A stretch of 62,748 nt of DNA, the filler included, from Nitrospirota bacterium (GTDB lineage Bacteria > UBA2233): NCBI GenBank assembly GCA_011620345.1. It is 3 parts of 3 records of this genome, joined end to end, with 100 filler letters (N's around TTAATTAATTAA, not from the genome) between each part and the next. Parts side by side here need not be neighbours in the genome. Positions count along the whole stretch, not along the records: positions 1 to 18,336 come from WOZJ01000071.1; positions 18,437 to 41,910 come from WOZJ01000036.1; 1 more part is not named here. One strand, 5' to 3'. The translations under genes were made by a program, and so were the position numbers. This document shows, one piece after another, positions 9,119 to 18,437 of the stretch (position 1 is its first letter; the number at the start of each line of letters is the position of its first letter). Under the pieces are notes generated by a model. It did no database searches, was not told the origin of the DNA, and saw only the letters and a list, made by a program, of their open reading frames with translations.

Positions 9119-10097
9119 ATCGATTTTTGCGGCATTCTTTGCCGTCTTGGCCTTTTGGCTCGGGCCCGTAAACGCACAAGAGGCCCAAGAGGAGGAAGAT
9201 CGGATCCTAAAGGCCCTTGAAACCGCCAACAAAGACCCCCGGGCAGCCTTTCTGGAGCTCGACCGCTTAAAGGGCACGTTTGATGTTTCCAACGCTCCGC
9301 TTCTAAGGCAGGCCTTGCTTGCGATCGCAAAAGCCTATCCCCTTGAGGCCATGGATCTATTCATAAAGTTTGAGCCGGCCTTAGCCATTGAAGATGACGC
9401 GGCGTTTACGGAAAAAATGGCGGAAGTTTTTGAAGCGAACGGGCTCGAGCTCAAGGCCGTAGACCTCTACGAAAAGGCGTATCGTGGAGGTGCCAACGCC
9501 ATGCTCGTACCGCTAGTGAGGCTTCTTGAGGCGAGCGGCAAATGGGATCGAATCCTCTCGCTCAAACAAGATATTGGGGCTTACGGTGAAGAAGAAGGCC
9601 AAAGAGAGCTTTTTGGAGCCCTTGGAAGGGCCTATTTGGAGCTAGGAGACCCAAAAGGGGCATTCCCAGAGCTGCTAAAGGCAAGCCCAGCTTTGGATAA
9701 CTGCTTGAACAGGGGGATAGCCCTTATGGAGTTAGGCCATCCGGATGCTGCGGACGATTCGTTTTCGCTTGCGTTGGATATGGCCCTTCGTGGGAACAAC
9801 CCAGAAGGCATCCGTCGCGCAATTTTACTGAAAGCGCGAAACCTTGAGCAAGCCAAGCGCTACAAACAGGCCGCGAGTCATTACGGCCTGTTTGTAGAAA
9901 AATTTCCAAAAGATCCATTGGTCGAATGGGTAAGAATGCGCAGGGGCATTGCCTTGCTTGAAACAGGCCAGGTAGAGCAAGCCAGCCCTTTGTTCTCGGC
10001 TCTAGCCAAGAGCAAAGACAAGCAGATTGCCGTGGTCGCGAGGGCATTGTTCGGGTTTGCGAACATTGCCCTAAAAAATCTTCAAGAAGTATATTAG
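9108..10097 (+). CDS. Exported tetratricopeptide-repeat protein
   Basis: Signal peptide ending VNA-QE; repeated helical TPR-like patterns. Confidence 0.7.
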   Translation: MVNKSIFAAFFAVLAFWLGPVNAQEAQEEEDRILKALETANKDPRAAFLELDRLKGTFDVSNAPLLRQALLAIAKAYPLEAMDLFIKFEPALAIEDDAAFTEKMAEVFEANGLELKAVDLYEKAYRGGANAMLVPLVRLLEASGKWDRILSLKQDIGAYGEEEGQRELFGALGRAYLELGDPKGAFPELLKASPALDNCLNRGIALMELGHPDAADDSFSLALDMALRGNNPEGIRRAILLKARNLEQAKRYKQAASHYGLFVEKFPKDPLVEWVRMRRGIALLETGQVEQASPLFSALAKSKDKQIAVVARALFGFANIALKNLQEVY

Positions 10098-10114
10098 GGG
10101 GCACAGGAGGGCCT

Positions 10115-10537
10115 ATGCCAGCTCGAGGGCTGTTCGATATCCGGTTTACGCTGCTAGAGAAGGTTATGGACTTGAGCTCCTTCCGCCACGATGCGATCGC
10201 TTCCAACTTGGCGAATGCGAACACGCCTGGATACATCGCAAGAGACGTGGTCTTCGAGCAAAAGCTTCAAGAGATCTTGGACAAGCGTGATTCATCTCCG
10301 CTTGCGCTGACCGACCCGCGCCATTTGCCCAAGCCTTTTACCCCAGCCGCGTTGGAGCATGCGGATGGAGATACTAGGCCCATACTTGACTTGGCGGCAG
10401 GGAACGATTTAAATACTGTAGACATCGACCGAGAAACTTCTGAGCTTGCAAAAAACCAGGTTCTCTACCTTGCAAACAGCGATATGCTGCGCAGAAAGTT
10501 CGCCTACCTCCGCTATAGCATCCAAGAGGGCAGGTAG
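10115..10537 (+). CDS. flgB: Flagellar basal-body rod protein FlgB
   Basis: IASNLANANTPGY, NTVDIDRE; operon order. Confidence 0.93.
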   Translation: MPARGLFDIRFTLLEKVMDLSSFRHDAIASNLANANTPGYIARDVVFEQKLQEILDKRDSSPLALTDPRHLPKPFTPAALEHADGDTRPILDLAAGNDLNTVDIDRETSELAKNQVLYLANSDMLRRKFAYLRYSIQEGR

Positions 10538-10605
10538 CCCAAAAGTGGGCGATTGCATCGCCTTTCGTGTGCGACACGAGGCGGGTCATTCGAAAAGGAG
10601 GGTCT

Positions 10606-11046
10606 ATGTCGGTATTTGATGCGTTCAACATCGGGGCTTCAGGTCTTTCGGCCGAGAGGTTCCGGATGAACCTGGTCGCTTCGAACTTAGCCAACGCGAA
10701 CGCGACCCGCTCGGAAGACGGCGGGGCCTACCGAAGAAGGGATGCCGTGTTTTCGGCTCTTCCTTATGGTGAGGCAGAAAAAGGCGCTCTTTCCGGGGAA
10801 CCAACTAGCCCGTTGGCCAAGGTTGGCGTGGTCGGAGTGGATATCGATCAAAGAGACCCGAGGCGAATGTACGACCCTGGCCATCCAGACGCCGATGCCG
10901 CAGGGTATGTCTCTTACCCAAACATCAACGTGGTCGACGAAATGGTCAACCTCCTCAATGCACAGCGCTCTTACGAAGCGAACGCCGCAGGGATCGATGC
11001 GGCCAAACAAATGGCCCTCAGGGCGCTTGAAATCGGGAGAGGATAA
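10606..11046 (+). CDS. flgC: Flagellar basal-body rod protein FlgC
   Basis: ASGLSAER, YDPGHPDA, PNINVVDEM, RSYEAN. Confidence 0.95.
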   Translation: MSVFDAFNIGASGLSAERFRMNLVASNLANANATRSEDGGAYRRRDAVFSALPYGEAEKGALSGEPTSPLAKVGVVGVDIDQRDPRRMYDPGHPDADAAGYVSYPNINVVDEMVNLLNAQRSYEANAAGIDAAKQMALRALEIGRG

Positions 11047-11049
11047 GAA

Positions 11050-11370
11050 ATGGACCCTGCAATCACGCCGCTGGCCGCATACTATGCCGAGAAGGTATCC
11101 GGCATCGTCGCCGGGCCGTCGGCTCAGCCGGGGCAAAAAACAGACCCGGCCGAATCGTTTTTCTCGATGCTCAATAAGGCGATGAACCAAGTCAATGACG
11201 ACAAACTCCAAGCCGAGAGGAGCGCTGAAGAACTCTCTTTGGGCAGGAGCCGCGACGTCCATTCGACAATCATCGCGATGGAAAGGGCCGATACGGAGTT
11301 TCGCCTGCTTCAGCAGGTGCGCAACAAGCTCCTGGATAGTTACAACGAGCTCTTTAGGATGTCCGTCTAA
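11050..11370 (+). CDS. fliE: Flagellar hook-basal body protein FliE
   Basis: QVRNKLLDSYNELFRMSV C-terminus. Confidence 0.93.
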   Translation: MDPAITPLAAYYAEKVSGIVAGPSAQPGQKTDPAESFFSMLNKAMNQVNDDKLQAERSAEELSLGRSRDVHSTIIAMERADTEFRLLQQVRNKLLDSYNELFRMSV

Positions 11371-11372
11371 GC

Positions 11373-13085
11373 ATGAATGCATGGCTCAAGCGCGTCTTTG
11401 AGGGCGCAAGGGAGCTTTTTGGGCGCTTAAGCCCCCTGCAAAAGGGCCTGGGTCTTGCAGGTTTAGGCCTTTTGCTTGCGTTGGCGCTGTTTTTCGCGTT
11501 TCGAGGGACTGAGCCGATGTATGCCCCTTTGTACAAAGGGCTTGCATCCTCGGATAGGGAGGCCGTTTTGGTTGAGCTCGAAGAAAAGAAGGTCTCCTAC
11601 AGGGTCCAGGGCGAAACCAAAGAGATTTGGGTTCCAGCGGAGCAGGTGCGTGCCCTGAGGGCCGATTTGGCCAGCAAGGGCTTGCCGAAGGCGCTTCCTG
11701 TCGGGTTTGAGCTGTTCGATCAAACCAGGGTGGGGATTACAGAGTTTACCCAAAGGGTAAACCTCTTAAGGGCCCTTCAAGGGGAGTTGGAGCGCACCAT
11801 CGAGACGATTGAGGGCGTGGAACAGGCGAGGGTGCATCTCGTCCTCCCTGACGAGACGCTTTTTGTGGAAGACGAAAAGCCTGCAAGCGCCTCTGTGGTC
11901 CTTAAGCTCAAAAGGGGGATAGATCTGGCCCCAGAGCAGGTCAAAGGGGTTTCCTTCCTCATGTCTCGTGCGGTCAAGGGGCTGGACCCAAAGAACGTTA
12001 CGATCGTGGACGAACGGGGCAAAGTTCTAACCTTCGAAGAGGACGAAAGCGCTGGGATAGCAAAGCTTACGAACACCCAGTTTCGGATTAAGCGGGCTTT
12101 TGAAGGGGAACTCGAGCGCAAGCTTCTTCAGATGCTCACTCCGGTTGTCGGAAAGCGCAAGGTACTCGTCTCTGCGTCTGCCATGCTCGATTTCTCCAAG
12201 GCGGAGCATACTCAGGAGACGTACGACCCAGACGCAACGGCAGTCCGCTCCGAAGAGCGAGAAAGAGAGTCGGAGGTAGGGCTGGGGCCTCCATCCCCTA
12301 TCGGCGTGCCCGGCGTCATGACAAACGTGCCCGCTGCCGGGGGTCAGCAGCCTGCCCAACAGCAGGCGACGAACCAGCGCTCGAAATCGCACGACATCAC
12401 AAACTACGAAGTTAGCAAACTGATTCGCCACGTCGTGGAGCCTTACGGGGTCATCCGAAGGCTTACCGTTGGGGTACTTTTGGATGGGAAGCGGCAAAAC
12501 GGTCGTTACATCCCCTTGAACACTCAAGATCTGGCCAAGATTGACGGCTTGGTGCGGGGGGCCATAGGCTATGATGAAAATCGAGGCGATCAAATCCGTG
12601 TGGTCAACATTCCGTTTGCCGAGGAAGGGGTTATGAACGAAAGGGAGCTTGCCCTCGAGATGGCCCGTCACGAGTTTTGGGTCAGCATGTTTAAACTAGG
12701 GATCGTCGCGCTTGGGCTGGTCCTGCTCGTATTTTTCGTGGTTCGTCCAGTATTGAGCTTTTTCTTCCCTCGAAGGCCCGCCGAAGCAAAAGGGGGTGCA
12801 GTTTTGGAAGAAGGAGCGCTCCCCGAAGAAGGGCTGAATGCCGAGATGCGCGGGCCTATCTTTCCCGAAGAAGGGGAGGGGACGCCTTTGCAGGCGAAAC
12901 CTCCGTCAGAAAAGCCGGAAACGCAGCCTTCCACAACCAGTGAACCGAAGTACTTCGACAGAATCCTGAGGGCAAGCGGAGAGAACCCGAAAGTTCTCGC
13001 AAAGGCCCTAGAGGTGCTTGTCAAGGGGCAAGAGGCCAAAAGGTCTCCCTCGTCACCAGCCGAGGTTGAAGCCGGGCAAGGTTAA
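11373..13085 (+). CDS. fliF: Flagellar M-ring protein FliF
   Basis: GFELFD, RALQGELERTI, ARVHLV, ASASVVL, NYEVSK; two TM helices. Confidence 0.95.
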   Translation: MNAWLKRVFEGARELFGRLSPLQKGLGLAGLGLLLALALFFAFRGTEPMYAPLYKGLASSDREAVLVELEEKKVSYRVQGETKEIWVPAEQVRALRADLASKGLPKALPVGFELFDQTRVGITEFTQRVNLLRALQGELERTIETIEGVEQARVHLVLPDETLFVEDEKPASASVVLKLKRGIDLAPEQVKGVSFLMSRAVKGLDPKNVTIVDERGKVLTFEEDESAGIAKLTNTQFRIKRAFEGELERKLLQMLTPVVGKRKVLVSASAMLDFSKAEHTQETYDPDATAVRSEERERESEVGLGPPSPIGVPGVMTNVPAAGGQQPAQQQATNQRSKSHDITNYEVSKLIRHVVEPYGVIRRLTVGVLLDGKRQNGRYIPLNTQDLAKIDGLVRGAIGYDENRGDQIRVVNIPFAEEGVMNERELALEMARHEFWVSMFKLGIVALGLVLLVFFVVRPVLSFFFPRRPAEAKGGAVLEEGALPEEGLNAEMRGPIFPEEGEGTPLQAKPPSEKPETQPSTTSEPKYFDRILRASGENPKVLAKALEVLVKGQEAKRSPSSPAEVEAGQG

Positions 13086-13111
13086 GGCGAAAACAAGGAA
13101 TAGGTGCAACG

Positions 13112-14365
13112 ATGGAAGAACCGGCGCAGGAGGATTGGTTAGGTACGCGGCCAGAGGACGAGGCCTCGCGTGTAGACGATGTCGTCCGGTTTGGCGAACC
13201 TAGGGACAAAAGATCGGGCGGGGACGAGAGCACGCAGCAGATGCCGCTCGATTCGCTCACAAAGGCGCTTGTGATTTATTCCATTATGCCAAAGGACATG
13301 GTTGCGGCCGTCTCGCAAAGCCTAAGCCCGGAAACGCTCGAAACCTTGCTTAAGGCGAAGTCGGAAAGGCGAATCGAAGGCTTCAGCGAGGATGCGGTCA
13401 TGATCATCGTGGACGAGTTTATTTTCTTAATAGGCCATGTCTTGGGCGTTCTTCAAGAAAAAGAGGGAAGGACTGCCCAAGAGGAGCAAAAACAAGAGGA
13501 AGCGCCTTCTGCCCCCCAAGCAGAAGAACCACCTCCAACAACANNNNNNNNNNNNNNNNNNNNNNNNNNNNNNNNNNNNNNNNNNNNNNNNNNNNNNNNN
13601 NNNNNNNNNNNNNNNNNNNNNNNNNNNNNNNNNNNNNNNNNNNCTCCAACAACAAAAGAATGGTTCTCCTTCCTAGAGCATCTCGATAGGGAATGGTTTT
13701 TGGAGTTGCTTATCGGAGAGAACCCGCAGGTGATCGCCGTCGTTTTGTCGTACGTCAACCGGGAGCATGCCGCCTACGTGTTGTCTCGCCTGCCGGTCGA
13801 CAAAAGAGCGGAGGTCGTCGAGAGAATGGTGAGGTTGGGAAGCGTCGTTCCGACGGTCCTTGAGAGTCTTGAAGGAATCCTAAGGGAACGGCTGAAAGAA
13901 TTCGTATACGGCGTTGTGATAGGCGAAAGGGCGGGTTCCCTAGACCAGGTTTCCCAAATTTTGAACCGGCTCGAGGAGGCGGATGTTAGAACGATCCTGC
14001 AGAAGATAGGGACAAAGGACCAGGAGTTGGCCAAAGCCCTAGAGGGAAAGCTGCTCACGTTTGAAGATTTAAACCTGCTGGACAGTAGGGATATGCAAAG
14101 GCTTTTAAGGGGGGTGGATATCAATCAGCTTGCACTCGCCTTAAAGGGGGCATCAGAGCAGATGCGACAAAAGATACTTTCGAACCTGAGCACAAGGGCA
14201 AGGGAGGTCCTGCGAGATGAGCTCGAAGCCCTGGGGCCAAAACGCCTCTCCCAGATCGAAAAGGCGCAAAAAAGTATCGTGGAGTCCGCTAAGGAGCTAG
14301 CCTCTCTCCTTGAGAACCCTATTACGCTGCCGACCGTCGGAGGAGGTGATGTTGTTGTCCAGTAG
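13112..14365 (+). CDS. fliG: Flagellar motor switch protein FliG (spans a 100-N gap)
   Basis: ENPQ motif, LTFEDL, LALALKGA, NLSTRA, GPKRLSQIEKAQ. Confidence 0.9.
   Translation: MEEPAQEDWLGTRPEDEASRVDDVVRFGEPRDKRSGGDESTQQMPLDSLTKALVIYSIMPKDMVAAVSQSLSPETLETLLKAKSERRIEGFSEDAVMIIVDEFIFLIGHVLGVLQEKEGRTAQEEQKQEEAPSAPQAEEPPPTTXXXXXXXXXXXXXXXXXXXXXXXXXXXXXXXXXXPTTKEWFSFLEHLDREWFLELLIGENPQVIAVVLSYVNREHAAYVLSRLPVDKRAEVVERMVRLGSVVPTVLESLEGILRERLKEFVYGVVIGERAGSLDQVSQILNRLEEADVRTILQKIGTKDQELAKALEGKLLTFEDLNLLDSRDMQRLLRGVDINQLALALKGASEQMRQKILSNLSTRAREVLRDELEALGPKRLSQIEKAQKSIVESAKELASLLENPITLPTVGGGDVVVQ
13544..13643. other. Scaffold gap (100 N)
   Basis: N run; both flanks share CTCCAACAACA. Confidence 0.95.
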
Positions 14366-15323
14366 CGATTCGAGGCCTATAGTCCTCCCATCGTTCGATA
14401 CCGATACGGAGCCAGGGCTTGAAGCTCCGATCAATGAAAAATCTGCTCCCTTAGCCATCAAAGAGGGCGTGAACAAAGAAGAGCCATTGGCTGAAGAGGA
14501 ACAAAAAAGCCAGCCTCCTGAAATGGAAAATCATGCAACCGAGCCTCCTACTGAACCTGTTAAGCAGGGCTCAGTGGAGGAAGAGGGCAAGGCCGTCTTT
14601 CGCCCGGCCGGGATTGAGGCGTACGAGGTCGTGAGAAATCAACTCTACGAAGACGTTCAGCCCTTAAAAGAAGAGATCCTCAATGAGGCGAGAAAGGCAA
14701 AAGAGGCGCTTATCGAAGAAGGGCTACGCTATAAAGAACGCTTAATTCAAGAAGCCCACCAAGAATCCCAAAAAACGAAAGAGCGCCTTCTTTCCGACGC
14801 CTTAGCCGAGGCGGAAGAGCTTAAACGGGGTGCCTTCGAAGAAGGTCGAAAAGAAGGTGTCCTTCAAGGTAAAAAGAGCATCGAGGCTGAAGCAAAAACA
14901 CAGCTTGAAGCCTTGAAAGCGTTACTGAACGAGATGGGCAGTCTCAAGCCAAAGGTGATTTCAGAGTGCGAGAGGGATATTATCGGGCTTTCCGTCCAAG
15001 TTGCCGAGAAGATACTTCAGCGAGAAGTTCAGCTTGATCCTGGTACCGTTCTTGACCTTGCCTCGAGGGTGATAAAGGAATTCGAAGGTCGTTCCGGAGG
15101 GATCAGGGTTAAGCTCAACCCGGAAGACTACGCCTATATTCTCCAGCTTGACCCAAAAATTCTCGAGGACAAGGGCCTAAGCGAAGTGGTTTTCGAAAAA
15201 GATCCCTCTTTGCAAAGGGGGGGCTGTACCCTTGAAACCTATCAAGGGAGGGTCGATGCGAGAATCGAAAAGCAGCTAGAAGTGATTCGGCAAAAGCTCC
15301 TTGAAAGGGCAGGCCATGCATAA
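14349..15323 (+). CDS. fliH: Flagellar assembly protein FliH
   Basis: GxxxG repeats (EEGRKEGVLQG), LNPED, GGCTLET, GRVDA. Confidence 0.9.
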   Translation: MLLSSSDSRPIVLPSFDTDTEPGLEAPINEKSAPLAIKEGVNKEEPLAEEEQKSQPPEMENHATEPPTEPVKQGSVEEEGKAVFRPAGIEAYEVVRNQLYEDVQPLKEEILNEARKAKEALIEEGLRYKERLIQEAHQESQKTKERLLSDALAEAEELKRGAFEEGRKEGVLQGKKSIEAEAKTQLEALKALLNEMGSLKPKVISECERDIIGLSVQVAEKILQREVQLDPGTVLDLASRVIKEFEGRSGGIRVKLNPEDYAYILQLDPKILEDKGLSEVVFEKDPSLQRGGCTLETYQGRVDARIEKQLEVIRQKLLERAGHA

Positions 15324-16620
15324 TTGGGAGAGCGCCCTCAAGGATATTGAAACCATCGAAAGGTTCGGTAAGGTTCTTCAAGTTGTCGGCCCGCTGGTAG
15401 AAGGGTACTTGCCCGGGGCTGTCGTGGGGGATCGTTGCGAAATTCTTCCAGAAAACGGCAGGCCGTCGGTTCAAGCAGACGTGGTAGGGTTTCGAGAGAG
15501 CAGGGCGCTGATGATGCCCTTTCAAGACGTTCGGGGTGTGGGAGTAGGTTCGGAAATTCGGCTTACCAGGGATGAAGCCAGCGTGCCCGCGGGCGAAGAG
15601 CTGCTTGGGCGCGTCATCGATGCGCTTGGCAACCCGATCGATGAGCAAGGGGCGTTGAACCCTTCAAAGCGCATTCCCTTGGAAAAGGGTCCCATCAACC
15701 CCTTAAAGAGGGAGCTGATCTCCGAGCCGTTGGATGTCGGGATTAGGGTGGTGAACGCGCTGATGACGATCGGAAAAGGCATGCGGATGGCCATATTCTC
15801 TGGTTCCGGCGTGGGCAAAAGCATTATGCTCGGGATGATGGCCAAATTTACAAAGGCCGACGTGGTCGTGATCGCGCTGGTTGGCGAACGTGGCCGTGAG
15901 GTGTCAGAGTTCCTAGAAGTAAGCCTAGGAAAAGAAGGCATTTCCAGGTCCGTGCTCGTCGTGGCTACGGCCGATGAGGCTCCCATCCTTAGGGTTCGGG
16001 CCGGGTTTCTCGCCACGTCTATCGCTGAATATTTTTGCAGCCAAGGCAAGGATGTGCTCTTGCTTATGGACTCGCTTACGAGGCTTGCCATGGCCCAAAG
16101 GGAGATAGGGCTTTCCGTGGGGGAGCCTCCGACTACCAAGGGGTATACCCCTTCCGTGTTTTCGCTCCTTCCTCGGGTAATGGAACGGGCGGGAAGCTTT
16201 AGAGGAGAGGGCTCGATCACCGGGCTTTATACGGTCCTCGTAGAGGGGGATGACATTGCTTTCGACGGCATCTCCGATGCGATCCGGGCGGTCAGCGACG
16301 GCCATATCCTCCTCTCAAGAGAGCTTGCCTTCCAAAATATCTATCCCGCCGTGGACGTCCTGCGTTCGGTCAGCAGGGTAATGTCGCGCGTAAGCCCAAA
16401 AGAGCACCTCGAGTTGGCCAACAGTTTCCGCGATATGCTGGCCAACTACCAAAAGGCCGAGGATCTGATTAATATCGGCGCCTACGCAAGAGGGTCGAAC
16501 CCCAAGATAGATGCAGCGATCGCGAAGCATGACAGAATGCTCGCGTTGATTCGTCAAGGCGAGAACGAGAGGGTCGATATGGCGAAGAGCCTGGCCCAGT
16601 TAAAAGATCTGTTCCGCTGA
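15316..16620 (+). CDS. fliI: Flagellar export ATPase FliI
   Basis: Walker A SGSGVGKS, GERGRE, DSLTR, GEPPTTKGYTPS. Confidence 0.96.
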   Translation: MHNWESALKDIETIERFGKVLQVVGPLVEGYLPGAVVGDRCEILPENGRPSVQADVVGFRESRALMMPFQDVRGVGVGSEIRLTRDEASVPAGEELLGRVIDALGNPIDEQGALNPSKRIPLEKGPINPLKRELISEPLDVGIRVVNALMTIGKGMRMAIFSGSGVGKSIMLGMMAKFTKADVVVIALVGERGREVSEFLEVSLGKEGISRSVLVVATADEAPILRVRAGFLATSIAEYFCSQGKDVLLLMDSLTRLAMAQREIGLSVGEPPTTKGYTPSVFSLLPRVMERAGSFRGEGSITGLYTVLVEGDDIAFDGISDAIRAVSDGHILLSRELAFQNIYPAVDVLRSVSRVMSRVSPKEHLELANSFRDMLANYQKAEDLINIGAYARGSNPKIDAAIAKHDRMLALIRQGENERVDMAKSLAQLKDLFR

Positions 16621-17078
16621 TGGACCAAAAAAGGATCCGAGTGCTCCTAAATTACAAAAAGCTTCTTGAGGAGCGAGCAAGGGCCGAGATGCTCAAGGTT
16701 CTCACCATATATGAAAACGAGAGCGATGCCCTCAAAGACCAGCAAGGGCTCAAAAAAAAGGCCTACGATGGCCTTATGGAAGAAATCAAGCGTGGCGTGC
16801 TTGCCAAAGAGGGGTTGCTGTTCGTAGACTACTTAAAGTGGTTGGATTCGTTAATTGAGTCTCAAAGGGGCCTTCTGGAGCGCATTCAGGATGCACTCAG
16901 CATGAAGCGTGCAGAGCTTCGCTACCATGCCAAAGAGACAAAAAAGGTAGCCAAAGTTGACGAGAAAATCCAAGAGCGTCAACGATACCTGGAAGAAAAA
17001 AGGCAAGGTAGCTTTCAGGATGCCTTCGGGCTCATGATGAAGGCAAGACTCCAAAACTTGCAAACGGGGCCGTCTTGA
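16620..17078 (+). CDS. fliJ: Flagellar export protein FliJ
   Basis: About 150-aa coiled coil directly after fliI. Confidence 0.75.
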   Translation: MDQKRIRVLLNYKKLLEERARAEMLKVLTIYENESDALKDQQGLKKKAYDGLMEEIKRGVLAKEGLLFVDYLKWLDSLIESQRGLLERIQDALSMKRAELRYHAKETKKVAKVDEKIQERQRYLEEKRQGSFQDAFGLMMKARLQNLQTGPS

Positions 17079-17713
17079 TGGTCAGCCAAAGAAAAAACCC
17101 CGCAGCAGCCAGGGGCAAGACGAAAAGGAAGGCCCTAGTAGGAGTTCTTTTGGGCGCGGTCGTTATCTTGGCCCTTTTTAAGGTAGGGTTTGACCTTTAC
17201 AATGCCTCCCAAAAGAGGGCCTTGGAAGATCAAGCAATGAAGGTCGCAAACCTTCAAGCCCAAAAAAAGCAGCAAGGCGCCGTTGCCACGCCGGAGCATT
17301 TTCAGAATCTACTGAAAGAGCTTCAGCGCGAGAAACAAAGAATTAGCGCGAAAGAGACGGAGCTTGCCAAGAAGGAAGCGTTTGTAAAAAACTTGGATGC
17401 AACGCTCCAAGCGCGCGCCAACGAGCTGATCGCTCTCGAGCAGCGCTTGGTTGCGCTTTCGCTAGATGCCGAGCGAACAAAAGACGAGCGCATCAAGAAG
17501 CTGTCCGGCGTTTACGAAAACATGGATCCAGAGCAGGCTGCCAGGGCAATCGAGGAAATGGACCCAAACCTTGCGGTAACGCTTTTCTTGCGAATGAGAA
17601 AGAGGGAGGCGGGAAGAATCCTGGGCGCCATGGACCCGCAAAAGGCCTCTAAGATTTCGCAAGACCTTATCAGGCTCCAAGGGGCTCCTACGAGCTCCAA
17701 CCAAGCGCTTTGA
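17075..17713 (+). CDS. MotE/YlxF-family flagellar protein (TM, coiled coil, MgtE_N-like)
   Basis: YENMDPEQAA, AGRILGAMDPQKA; lies between fliJ and fliK. Confidence 0.8.
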   Translation: MMVSQRKNPAAARGKTKRKALVGVLLGAVVILALFKVGFDLYNASQKRALEDQAMKVANLQAQKKQQGAVATPEHFQNLLKELQREKQRISAKETELAKKEAFVKNLDATLQARANELIALEQRLVALSLDAERTKDERIKKLSGVYENMDPEQAARAIEEMDPNLAVTLFLRMRKREAGRILGAMDPQKASKISQDLIRLQGAPTSSNQAL

Positions 17714-17722
17714 GAGGATAAA

Positions 17723-18336
17723 ATGCCTAATGCCGCTTCGTTAAACCCAATTCTTTTGCTTTTGTCCGCTCCCCCTGGGCCGTCCAAGGGTGCTAGCACT
17801 GTGGCTACTCAAGGCCAACTCCCCGGCCTTTTTCAAGAAGGCGAGTTTGCAGGGCTGCTGGGATTACTAAATGAATCCGGCGGGTCGGGTCGCATGCCAA
17901 AGGACCAATCAGACCTACCCAACCAAAAAAAACCCGACGTATCCGGCGAGGCCCTGCTTGTAGGCTTGATCGGCCAAGTTCTTCTTCAAAAAAAAGACTC
18001 CTTCCTAAACGGCCAACTAGGCCCACAAGCCAAAGATGCCTATAGGACTCTACTTGAGTCCTACATAGGCATGGTTTCGCGTTCCAAAGGGGAACAGGGT
18101 GAGGGCATCAGGCATTACGGTGGGGGCAAGGCCGCAGGCAAAATGCCAAGCCTTAATCGCATGCTTCCCGCCACAGGCTTGCTAGGGATAGCCCCAGAAA
18201 GTCACGGGGATCTTTTATCCGACGTGAAGGATCTTTTGCGGCCTACTCCTCTGGGAACCCAAAAGGCAAAATCGCCCGCTTCTTTCCAAGAAAAAAACTC
18301 TGCCGCTTCGATCCTGTCAAAAACCCCGCTCGAGCC
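17723..18336 (+). CDS. fliK: Probable flagellar hook-length control protein, N-terminal part (contig end)
   Basis: Low-complexity sequence at the usual fliK position; the diagnostic C-terminal domain is not visible. Confidence 0.5.
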
Positions 18337-18436
18337 NNNNNNNNNNNNNNNNNNNNNNNNNNNNNNNNNNNNNNNNNNNNTTAATTAATTAANNNNNNNN
18401 NNNNNNNNNNNNNNNNNNNNNNNNNNNNNNNNNNNN
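18337..18436. other. Artificial contig linker
   Basis: 44 N + TTAATTAATTAA (stops in all six frames) + 44 N. Confidence 0.95.
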
Positions 18437-18437
18437 C

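Noticed and set aside
18381-18392. TTAATTAATTAA palindrome, repeated at 41955-41966
   Set aside because: Artificial six-frame-stop linker between contigs; genes across these joins (fliK and helicase, fhs and tRNA) are not evidence of real adjacency
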